From Atribacterota bacterium (GTDB lineage Bacteria > Atribacterota > Phoenicimicrobiia > Phoenicimicrobiales > Stramentimicrobiaceae): a DNA stretch of 29,939 bases. The DNA is taken from positions 1 to 29,939 of the forward strand of contig JAXGNR010000016.1 in assembly GCA_040767965.1 (NCBI GenBank). The letters are read 5' to 3'. Position 1 is the stretch's first letter, and every line of letters begins with the position of its first letter. Both the position numbers and the translations under genes were made by a program. The notes below the pieces were generated by a model, which was not told the origin of the DNA, did no database searches, and saw only the letters and a program-made list of their open reading frames with translations. Positions 1-8,407 of the stretch are shown here, one piece after another.

Positions 1-1
1 G

Positions 2-112
2 GATGAACTGCAATATCAGGCAAAAAAGAAAGGCAAAGACTGTATTGTAGATGATTCAGCAGATAATAATTTAAGCTTGTTTAAAATAGACAAGAACAAA
101 GACAAGATATGA
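2..112 (+). CDS. 3' end of a GGDEF (diguanylate cyclase) domain protein, truncated by the window edge
   Basis: Frame 2 reads DELQYQAKKKGKDCIV...*, matching the GGDEF C-terminal (A)DxxLYxAKxxG(K/R)N/D motif; TGA at 110-112. Confidence 0.75.
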   Translation, partial: DELQYQAKKKGKDCIVDDSADNNLSLFKIDKNKDKI

Positions 113-121
113 TATTTCAAA

Positions 122-248
122 ATTGTGAGAATGGAAAAGTGTAAGATTGGAAGAATGGAATGTTGGAAGATTGGAATAAGAAAAAATCAACAATTGGAAG
201 ATTGGAAAGCTGGGATACTGGAATTATGGAATATTGGAAGAATGCTTG
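122..248 (+). repeat. Two tandem arrays of degenerate 8-bp units (consensus nnTGGAAn)
   Basis: 122-177: attgtgag aatggaaa agtgtaag attggaag aatggaat gttggaag attggaat. 193-248: attggaag attggaaa gctgggat actggaat tatggaat attggaag aatgcttg. Confidence 0.9.
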
Positions 249-299
249 GGAATTTTCTTTTTTTTAATATAATTGTAAAATATTGGAAAGAATTGTAAA

Positions 300-707
300 A
301 TGGAAAGAAGGAATGTAACCAGAGGTTTTAAAAAATTACGAGTATGGAATAATGCAGTTAATCTATATATACTTACCTGCCAAGTTTTAGCTGAATTGCC
401 ATTTGAATTAAAAAGAACAGCTGGTAATTGCATTGACTGTGCTCAAAGTATTAGTCGAAATATTGCTGAAGGTTACTCGAGAAAAGGAGTCAAAGAATAC
501 CTTCGTTTCTTATACTTTGCTCTTGGATCAAGCAGTGAGTACCATTCTTGTATTTTTTGTTTTTATAAAGCAAATCAAATTTCAAAAAAACAATATGAAG
601 AATTGGATAAACTTCACTATCAAATAGAAAATGAATTAATCCAATTAATTAAATCAGTTCAAAATAGAATTAAAGATACAAGTTGGAATGATGGATTATT
701 AGACTAA
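300..707 (+). CDS. Four helix bundle protein (23S rRNA intervening-sequence protein family, Avd-like fold)
   Basis: 135 aa with FKKLRVW...SISRNIAEGYSR...EYLRFLYFALGSSSE, the family's L.VW / S...NIAEG..R / GS..E motifs. Confidence 0.9.
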   Translation: MERRNVTRGFKKLRVWNNAVNLYILTCQVLAELPFELKRTAGNCIDCAQSISRNIAEGYSRKGVKEYLRFLYFALGSSSEYHSCIFCFYKANQISKKQYEELDKLHYQIENELIQLIKSVQNRIKDTSWNDGLLD

Positions 708-785
708 GTATAATAATAATATTGAAAAATTGTAATATCTTGATCGGCTTATTTTTAAGTTGTAATAAATAATTTGATTTATATT

Positions 786-849
786 TACCCAATTTTGCAA
801 AATTCCACCATTCCAATATTCCAATCTTACATTCTTGCAATCTTACCAA
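786..849 (-). repeat. 8-bp tandem array, inverted relative to 122-248
   Basis: tacccaat tttgcaaa attccacc attccaat attccaat cttacatt cttgcaat cttaccaa; the reverse complement gives attggaat/aatgtaag/attgcaag units. Confidence 0.88.
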
Positions 850-862
850 AGGAGTGTGCCAT

Positions 863-1114
863 ATGTCCAAACAAAAAATGATTTCCAAAACAATTCAGTT
901 TCCACCTGAATTAATTTCAGAAGCTAAGCAGGCCAGTCGGGAAATGAACATGAATTTCAGCGAACTGATTAGAACAGCTACCTGTCTTTTTCTAAAACAT
1001 GGGTGTCAGGAGAAAATAAAAAAGCTCCTGGCTGAAGGGTACCAGGAAAAATCAAAGCTGAATAAATGCATCTGTGACGAATTCGGAAGCTCTGACGGGG
1101 AGAATGTCTTATGA
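863..1114 (+). CDS. Ribbon-helix-helix (CopG/NdoAI-like) antitoxin
   Basis: RBS AAGGAG then ATG at 863. KTIQFPPELI...MNFSELIRTA fits an RHH pattern, and the LAEGYQE C-terminus resembles MazF-cognate antitoxins. ATGA overlap with the toxin. Confidence 0.8.
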   Translation: MSKQKMISKTIQFPPELISEAKQASREMNMNFSELIRTATCLFLKHGCQEKIKKLLAEGYQEKSKLNKCICDEFGSSDGENVL

Positions 1115-1467
1115 GCAGCAAAATCAAGAAAGGTGATATTGTCCTGGTGAATTTAAATCCTGTTTTAGGCTCTGAAGCGGGAAAAACCCGTCCATGTATA
1201 ATAATCCAGAATGATGTAGGAAATGAATTTGCCTCTACGACTATCGTTGCAATCGTCACCAGTCAGAAAGATATCTCCCGGGAATATCCAACTGATGTCT
1301 GGATTAGCAAGAGTGAAAGTGCCCTGGATCTGGACAGTATTGTCCAATGTGATCAAATTCGTACTATTGATAAAAACAGGATTTTAAGGAAAATCGGACA
1401 TTTGAATCAGGATATTATCAAAAAAATTAATCGAGCAATCCTGGTCAGCCTTGATTTGAGTTTTTAA
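1111..1467 (+). CDS. mazF: PemK/MazF family mRNA interferase toxin
   Basis: KGDIVLVNLNPVLGSEAGKTRPCIIIQND...CDQIRTIDKNR, classic MazF motifs. Confidence 0.95.
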   Translation: MSSKIKKGDIVLVNLNPVLGSEAGKTRPCIIIQNDVGNEFASTTIVAIVTSQKDISREYPTDVWISKSESALDLDSIVQCDQIRTIDKNRILRKIGHLNQDIIKKINRAILVSLDLSF

Positions 1468-1503
1468 ATAAATAGTATCTCAAAAATCAATTGACAACCT
1501 CAT

Positions 1504-1540
1504 CCCCACCTTAATCCTCCCCCATCAAGGGGGAGGAAAT
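1504..1540 (+). repeat. REP-like GC-rich palindrome (divergent relative of the 47-bp family); may also terminate mazEF
   Basis: ccccaccttaa-TCCTCCCCC-atcaa-GGGGGAGGA, a 9-bp perfect stem with a CCCC-ACC leader like the 17143 and 20405 copies. Confidence 0.7.
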
Positions 1541-1581
1541 TAGAAGAGAGATAATTCTCGCCTCTAGGGATAAGATCATTA

Positions 1582-1722
1582 TGAACCTTCAATTGTGTTT
1601 TATTATAGTCTTATCTAGCTGTCCAGGAAAGCAGGAGGTTCATCTTATCTAATTGTCCAGTAAAATGGGGGGAGGTTCATTTATTATAGTTTTATCTAAT
1701 TGTCCAGTAAAGCGGGGGTTCA
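1582..1722 (-). repeat. Tandem array of three IS3-family left ends (43, 37 and 61 bp) related to the IS at 20449
   Basis: Minus strand: TGAACCCCCGCTTTACTGGACAATTAGATAAAACTATAATAAA | TGAACCTCCCCCCATTTTACTGGACAATTAGATAAGA | TGAACCTCCTGCTTTCCTGGACAGCTAGATAAGACTATAAT...GAAGGTTCA. The IS left end reads TGAACCTCCCCCGCTTTACTGGACAGAAAGATAAGGCTATAAT. Confidence 0.92.
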
Positions 1723-1731
1723 ATTAGAATA

Positions 1732-1752
1732 ATAATGGTCTTCCTTCAATAA
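1732..1752 (-). mobile_element. Collapsed IS3 footprint: IRL tip fused to IRR tip with a 4-bp direct repeat
   Basis: Minus strand TTAT|TGAA-GGAAGACCA|TTAT. TGAA is the first 4 nt and GGAAGACCA the last 9 nt of the IS at 20449-21715. Confidence 0.7.
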
Positions 1753-1792
1753 TTCCCTCTCCCCTCGGAGGGAGAGGGTTGGGGTGAGGGGG
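1746..1792 (-). repeat. 47-bp REP-like palindromic repeat, copy 1
   Basis: Reverse complement CCCCCTCACCCCAACCCTCTCCCTCCGAGGGGAGAGGGAATTATTGA; 2 mismatches to 17143-17189. Confidence 0.95.
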
Positions 1793-1800
1793 ATCTGATT

Positions 1801-3151
1801 TCACTCAAATTTAAATTCTTTTTCCCTGAATAGTTTCACACAGATATCTACTACTTGCGAGTCATACAATATTCCCTGGTGTTTTACTATCTCATCTAAC
1901 GCCGCATCTATTCCCAGAGATTCGCGATAAGGACGATAGGAAGACATAGCTTCCACTACATCCGCAACAGCGATAATTTTCGCCTCTGTTAAGATATCTT
2001 CACTTTTAAGACTTTCCGGGTAACCGGATGAATCCAGCCTTTCGTGATGCTGGAGAACAATTTTGGCAATAGGATAGCCAAAATCAATATCTTTCAGAAT
2101 ATCATATCCTATCCGGGGATGATTCTTGATCAAACTGTATTCGAGATCACTCAGCTTCCCAGGTTTAGTCAAGATCTCAGAGGGAATTCCAATTTTCCCG
2201 ATATCATGGACCAGAGAAGCAATCCTGATACTCTCAATCTTCTCTTCAGGCAATTCTAATTCCCGGGCAATACCAATAGCAAGTTGAGTCACTCTGACCT
2301 GGTGACCGGCAGTATATGGATCCCGAATTTCGCTAATTCTGGCAATGGTTTCGATAGCTCCGTCAATTGTTTTTTGCAGCCTGGACTGGTAAGTTCTCAA
2401 TTCTGTTATATCAATAGAAGCACACGTCACTCCAACTATCTGTCCTTTTTCATCCATCAGGGGTTCTGTAACTAACTGGTAATAAAAAGGCTTCCCTGGA
2501 TAGTTGTTCTGACCTCTTCCCGACTCCCTTCCCTGCTGGCAAGGACCTCTTTTTTATTTCCGTCAAACGTGCCGCTTCCTCGGCAGGTAACATTTCTTCA
2601 TCTGTTTTCCCAATAACTTCTTCTGCATCAAAACCGGGATTTGGGTTATAGATCCAGGTATAGCGTAAATCTTTATCCTGGCTCCAGACAATAATTGGAG
2701 ATTTATTAATCGCTACTCTGAATCTTTCTTCACTTTTTCGCAAAGCATCTGCAATTTCCTCTTTTTCGATTCTGATTTGGTTATGCCGCAAAGCTTCTCT
2801 GACAGCTAATGGCAAACGATGCATATGCTCCTTTATGACATAATCATCTGCACCGGCTTTCATGCATTCCACCGCTGTTTCTTCATTCATAGAACCGGTC
2901 AGCATAATAAAAGGAATATTCTTACCTGCAGACATCAATATTTTTAAGGCGCTCATGCCATCAAAAGAAGGCATAGAATAATCTGAAATGACAATATCCG
3001 GATTAAATTTCTCCAATGCTTTTTTGTAATCGGTCTCATTGTCTATAACCTGATCAGTAAAATCTATCTTCTCTTTTTTCAGTGCTCGTCTGGCCATTTC
3101 TGCATCAGTTTGTAAATCTTCTACAAAAAGGATTTTAATCTTATTGGACAT
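1801..3151 (-). CDS. Response regulator REC-PAS-HD-GYP phosphodiesterase, split by two apparent 1-nt homopolymer deletions
   Basis: REC (VEDLQTD...SDYSMP), PAS, and HD-GYP (HDIGK, HHERLDSSGYP, RPYR). Adding one base in T6 (2550-2555) and one in A5 (2484-2488) restores ...KKEVLASREGSREEVRTTIQGSLFYYQLVTEPLMDEKG and joins ORFs 2450-3151 and 1801-2457. Confidence 0.88.
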
Positions 3152-3218
3152 ATCTACTCCCTAAATGTAAATTTATTATTTTATTAACAAATTTATAGAA
3201 TAGAAATTTTTATTCACT

Positions 3219-3316
3219 TTATTCACGTTTCTGATTTAATAATAACCAGTATAAACCAATATCTCGAACTGCTGCAATAAATTTATCAAAATCTCTACTT
3301 TTTTAACTTTTTCCAT
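3219..3316 (-). pseudogene. Internally deleted Rcp1-type single-domain response regulator
   Basis: RBS GAGGT, then MEKVKKVEIL joined out of frame to DFDKFIAAVRDIGLYWLLLNQKRE*. These are the N- and C-termini of Rcp1-like receivers, in the usual position between kinase and regulator. Confidence 0.8.
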
Positions 3317-3366
3317 GATACCTCTTTATCCTTTTCAGACAATATCCTGCCATGTTTCATGTTCCC

Positions 3367-5599
3367 TTACCCTGGCAATGAGAAATAAAAAGTTGCCCCT
3401 TTATTTTCCTCTCCTTCAGCCCAGACTCTTCCTCCGTGCCGGGAAATAATTCTTTTGACAATTGCCAGCCCTACGCCAGTTCCCTCAAATTCTTCTTCCC
3501 GGTGTAGTCTCTGGAAAACCTGGAAAGCCTTTTCAATATACTTCTGGTTAAATCCCACGCCGAAATCCCTGATAAAAAAGATAATTTCATTATTTTTCCT
3601 CTGGAAGCCAATTTCGATCTTTTTTGTTTGTACACGGGAACTGTATTTTAAGGCATTACCAATCAGATTCTGCCAGACATGTTTCATCAGGTTTGTATCA
3701 CATTTAACCATGGGCATATCCTTGATAACAACATCAAATTCATCTTTCTCCCCGGCAGTAGCAACTTCATGATAAATGGATTTGGCCAGCTCGCCCATTT
3801 CAATCTCCTCCAATTTTACTTCAGTTCGGGAAATTCGAGATAAGTTGAGCAAATCAGTTATAAGCTGATCCATCTTTGCAGCATTATCACGGATAGTATC
3901 AAGATATCTCCTACCCTCATCATCCAATCGGGTAGAATAATCTTCCAGCAAAAATTTGGAGAATCCGTTAATTGCCCGCAGGGGTGCCCGTAAATCATGA
4001 GAGACCGAATAAGTGAAGGCTTCTAATTCCTGATTAACCTCTTCCAGTTTTTTTCGTTCAGCTTTTAATTCATCAGTAATTTCATTCAGGTCCTCTACCA
4101 TATAGAGTAAAGCCTTTTGACTTTTATCCAGTTTTTCTACATGTTTTTCTAACTGCGCTGTCCTTTGGTTAACTTGTAATTCCAGTTCATTTTTAAAATT
4201 CCTTAATTCAGATTCAGTTTTTATCTGATCGGTAACATCAGATTATATTTCCATAAAGGCGTTTTACTTTTCCATTTTCCATTTCAGATTTCCCGATTGT
4301 CCGAACCCATTTTTTTGTTCCATCAGAGGATTTAAATTCCAGCACTAAATCATAAGGTTCACCTGTCTCAAGAGCTTTCTGAAAGGCGATATCCAATTTA
4401 TCCCTTGCTGCCGGCAAATAAAAAGAACTGCTTGCCTCATAGCTAATTAATGGATTTTCTTCCCGGGGAACTCCATATATCTCATAAACCCCGTCAGTGC
4501 AATTTACCGTACCGGTTTTCACATCATACTCCCAGCCACCAATTTTTGATATTTTTTCCATCTCTTTTAAAAGTAACTGCTGCTTTTGCAAAATATCCAG
4601 TGTTTTTTTATGTTCTTTTATCTCTGCTTTCAGGTTACTGGTTCTTTTCTTAATTTGTTTACGCAGGATAAAGATAGAGGCCAGCAGGAAAATAAGAAAT
4701 AAAGGGAAGAATACATGCAGGGCAATAGTCAAAATCCTGTTTAATGGAATTTCTTCCATAGCCTGGGGACCAAACCATTTTAGCCGGATACTGTTATAGG
4801 TACCATCTGCTATGATAATGGAAAGACCTTCGTTTAGACGGGATAACAATTCTTCATCACCTTTCTGCACTGCAAAACAAAAATCCTGACGGAATTCAGG
4901 CAACTGCAAATCCAATACCTTCACAGACTCTATTCCCATTTCATCCAAAAGATGCAACCCCATTACCCTTTGGGTAATGACTGCATCATATTCACCACCC
5001 GCTAATTTTTTAAAAGCTTCTTCAAAAGTATTTGTAGTATGGATTTGATTAGAGATATTCTCTCTTCTGACAAATTCCTCCGCATTATCCCCGCGCATTA
5101 CACCGATTGATTTGTCTTTAAGGTCTTCAATAGATTTAATATACTCGGTTTCCTTTCTCACAAATACAGCACCATGTAATGATAAATAAGGTAAAGTGAA
5201 ATCAAACAATTCTTCTCTTCCAGGAGTTCGACCTACCAATGGGAGAGCATCGATTTTACCTTCAGCAAGATCCTGTTTAATCTCATTCCAGATACCTATC
5301 TTAATCTGGACATCTAAATTGACTCTATTTGCAACTTCTTTGAAAAGCTCGATTGAAAATCCATCAGGATTACCATTCTCATCAACAATACAGTAGGGAG
5401 GATAATCCGGTTCAGAGGCAATAGTAATCGTTTCAGGGGTTCTTTCAGAAAAATCAAAATTTTGCTGTCCTTCTGAAGCAAGACTAAAAATGATAATTAA
5501 ATTTAAGAATAGAAACAGACCTAGGGCAAGCAGAAATATCTTTTTCTTTGGAAAGCAATTAGGTTTTTTCAATAAATTTTTATTATTTACTTCCATCAT
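3367..5599 (-). CDS. Membrane sensor histidine kinase (family-3 substrate-binding domain, TM, PAS, HisKA, HATPase; Cph1-like kinase core), one frameshift near 4240
   Basis: YPPY...GFSIEL PBP3, a TM helix, PAS (GGWEYD), H-box [31 protein letters not shown]. The stop-free linker [12 protein letters not shown]...KSQKALLY joins ORFs 4238-5599 and 3367-4101. Confidence 0.88.
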
Positions 5600-6738
5600 G
5601 GATTCTTTCTTAATTCTTCAACTTCCTGATTCAGTGTCTTGATTTCTTCTTTTAACTCATTAATACGATATTCACGGTTAATTGTGGCTTTTTGATATTC
5701 TTCCAACTCAGCAACTCTGTGTTGTAATTCTCCGGTTTTCTCTTGAACCTCGATTTCCAGCTTCTCTTTTAATTTTTTTAATTCCTCTTCTGCCTCTTTT
5801 CGTCTAGTGATATCCCTTCCCAGACCTATAATTTCAATCACATTGCCTTTTTTATCCAAAATTGCCCTATCATTCCAGGCAAACCAGCGCCAGCCATGCA
5901 CGGTTTTTGCCCGCTGCTCCAAGTAACAGGTATAGGGAGGCTTATAAAGAACTTCCATGGCTTTAGATGTTGATTCTAAATCATCCGGATGGACCAGATG
6001 TAAAAATTCATTTCCAATTAACTCCTCCTCTTTTTTACCAAATGTTTCACAATAAGAAGGACTTACAAAAAGAAATTTTCCATGGATATCAATCTTAACA
6101 AGTAAATCTATCTGATTGGCTATCAAAAGCTTATATTTTTCTTCACTCTCTTTTAACTTTTCACGTGAATCAATAAATTCCTCCCTGTCAATGATTAATT
6201 TAGCAACAAAAACAGTTGCAACAGGATAAATTGCCAGTATGGGAAGTGCCAGATCATAAAGCACGGCCAACCCTGTCTTCCCGGGCAAGGTTAACATCCA
6301 TGATAGCATAATAATATGAAGAATAAATCCAAACAAATATAGATAAAGTGGAGTCCTGGCTTTCTGATAAGGAATCAGGCGTCGGTATAACAGGCCAATG
6401 ACTGCATAGGTTACAATACCGGCTATTCCTGTAAGGGCTGCAAATCCGCCTAGAATATAACGATAGACTGCTGCCATAATGACTATAATAATAGCTGCGA
6501 TAGGGCCACTGAAAAATGCTCCCAGGCTGATAATCACAGATCGACCGTCAAAAATAAGCCCGGGAAGATAATGAATCGGAACCAGCATAGCAACGATAGC
6601 AATCAAGCCAAAAAGTATTCCAGTTAATACCCTATAAACCATCCTGTTCATTTGTTTAAATTTTTGGTAAACAAGGCTGTATAGAAAACTTAAAACAATC
6701 AAAAAAGCGATATTACTGGCTAACCCCTGGATAAACAA
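5596..6738 (-). CDS. LytS/YhcK-type 5TM receptor + PAS + C-terminal coiled coil, no catalytic output domain
   Basis: [15 protein letters not shown] 5TMR-LYT motif, PAS (VHPDD...GRDIT), and a tail ending [23 protein letters not shown]. Confidence 0.85.
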   Translation of the reverse strand: MFIQGLASNIAFLIVLSFLYSLVYQKFKQMNRMVYRVLTGILFGLIAIVAMLVPIHYLPGLIFDGRSVIISLGAFFSGPIAAIIIVIMAAVYRYILGGFAALTGIAGIVTYAVIGLLYRRLIPYQKARTPLYLYLFGFILHIIMLSWMLTLPGKTGLAVLYDLALPILAIYPVATVFVAKLIIDREEFIDSREKLKESEEKYKLLIANQIDLLVKIDIHGKFLFVSPSYCETFGKKEEELIGNEFLHLVHPDDLESTSKAMEVLYKPPYTCYLEQRAKTVHGWRWFAWNDRAILDKKGNVIEIIGLGRDITRRKEAEEELKKLKEKLEIEVQEKTGELQHRVAELEEYQKATINREYRINELKEEIKTLNQEVEELRKNP

Positions 6739-6766
6739 TGTATTTTTCCTTCTATTTCATTTAATA

Positions 6767-8136
6767 TTAATCTGGATTATCTTTATTTAAACGTTTGATT
6801 TCCTCTTTCAACGCTTTAATGCGGAATTCTCTATCTACGGCTGCCTTTTGGAATCTTTCCAGCTCTGTAACCCGTTCCTGCAGTTGCCTGGTCTTTTCTT
6901 CCACCTGTTGCTGGAGATAGTCCTTTAATTTTCTCAATTCCTGTTCAGTTTCTTTTAATTCAGTAATATCAGTAGCAATAATTGAAATCAATCCCGGTTT
7001 TGGTGTACTGGCAGTGATATAAAGATGCTTTTGTATTGGTTTTAAAAATGTTTCAAAAGAAGCCGGTTTGCCCGTATCTTACCACCTGGCTGTAGATATC
7101 CAGATAAGGTGCCTCTCCAGTTCTATAAAGTTGAGATGCCAGAGAACCAATTGCCTTTTACGGCTTATCCCATGTAACTCTTCATAAGCAGAGTTCACAT
7201 CAAGAATTCGATAATCAACTATTTTCCCATTATCATAAATAACTTCATCCAGGCACTGGCTGAAGCCATATTTTCAAAGATTGTCCGATATTTAGATTCA
7301 CTCTCCTGCAAGGCTTTTTCAGCTTTTTTCTGTTCACTGGTATCCTCATAAACTGCAACTATTTCTCCGGAAGGCAGTTTATAGACCGTGTTTTCCACCC
7401 ATTGATGAATCCGGTTATCCTGATACATAACAAGGGGCAAATGCATCATTTTCCCGGTTTGTAGACCTTTCTGAAGACCTCAAAGAGGCCACTTTGACCA
7501 TGGGAAAAATCTCTGTCACCTTTTTCCCAACTACCTCTTCCTTTTTAATCTGGCTTAAATTTTCTGCTGACTTATTAATATCTCTGAAGATAAAATCTTG
7601 TCCATCCTGACAGGCTTCATAAATTGCTACACAGCTGCCTATGGTATTAAACAATGCCCGATAACGCTCCTCGCTGATATAAACTTCTTTCTCGATTTTT
7701 TTACGCTGGCTGATATCTCTTGTTACACCCTGAAAACCGATGAATTCACCTTTTTCATCTAACAGGAGCTTGCCCGTTACTTCAAAATCACCTTCCTTAT
7801 TCTGTTTATTGAAAGCCTTTGTTTCAAAACTAATGGTTTTAAGATTTTTATTTTTATAGTCTTTTAAAGCTTGATCTATTTTTTTTAGAGTCTTTCTATA
7901 TTCTTCTTCACTCCATGAGATTTTAGTGATGTTCCAATCCACTCTTCCGGCTTGAAACCAAGTATTCTCACTAAAGAAGGGCTCACATAGGTAAATACGA
8001 GATTTTTATCTGTGGTCCAGATACAGTCAACTGAATTTTCGGCAAGCAGGCGGTATTTTTCCAGAAGCCATTGCTGGTTTTCCAAATTCTGTTCTTTACT
8101 AATTTTATTTGTCTTAGAGTAATTTTTATCTGCCAA
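6767..8136 (-). pseudogene. Triple-PAS protein with C-terminal coiled coil, about 6 frameshifts (decayed or sequencing errors)
   Basis: RBS GGAGGT + TTG at 8136. ORF fragments 7885-8172, 7415-7942, 7219-7449 and 6767-6991 join across shifts near 7914, 7494, 7458, 7255, 7157 and 7080 into three PAS domains ending RDIS, EDTS and TDIT. Confidence 0.8.
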
Positions 8137-8407
8137 AATTACCTCCAAAAATAAAAATAGGATAAGAATCACTTTTTTCTCAAAAGTAATTATTTAAGTG
8201 TTCAAATCTGTATAGGTTTATGAAATTATTATGAATAGAAAGATCTTTAAAGTAGGCTGAACTATGTTAATTATATTTATTTTATCAGAAAACAAGAAAA
8301 TCACTAAAAAATTTAAGTGTATTTTAAGTATATTTTGTATATTTTATTGATTTATCATAATAATATAAAAAAATGCAAGCCAGAAATTATATCAGAATAC
8401 TTTCTGC

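Noticed and set aside
300-707. Diversity-generating retroelement or rRNA intervening sequence
   Set aside because: Despite the Avd/IVP-like fold, the window has no reverse transcriptase, no TR/VR pair and no rRNA.
224-888. ORFs 224-433(-), 433-627(+) and 670-888(-)
   Set aside because: Shadow ORFs overlapping the four-helix gene or running through octamer arrays.
1582-1722. CRISPR array
   Set aside because: Units have no unique spacers, differ in length, and match the IS3 left end; there are no cas genes.
2484-2555. Programmed frameshifting or phase variation in the REC-HD-GYP gene
   Set aside because: Two separate short runs (5-6 nt) would both need correcting; sequencing error or decay is simpler.
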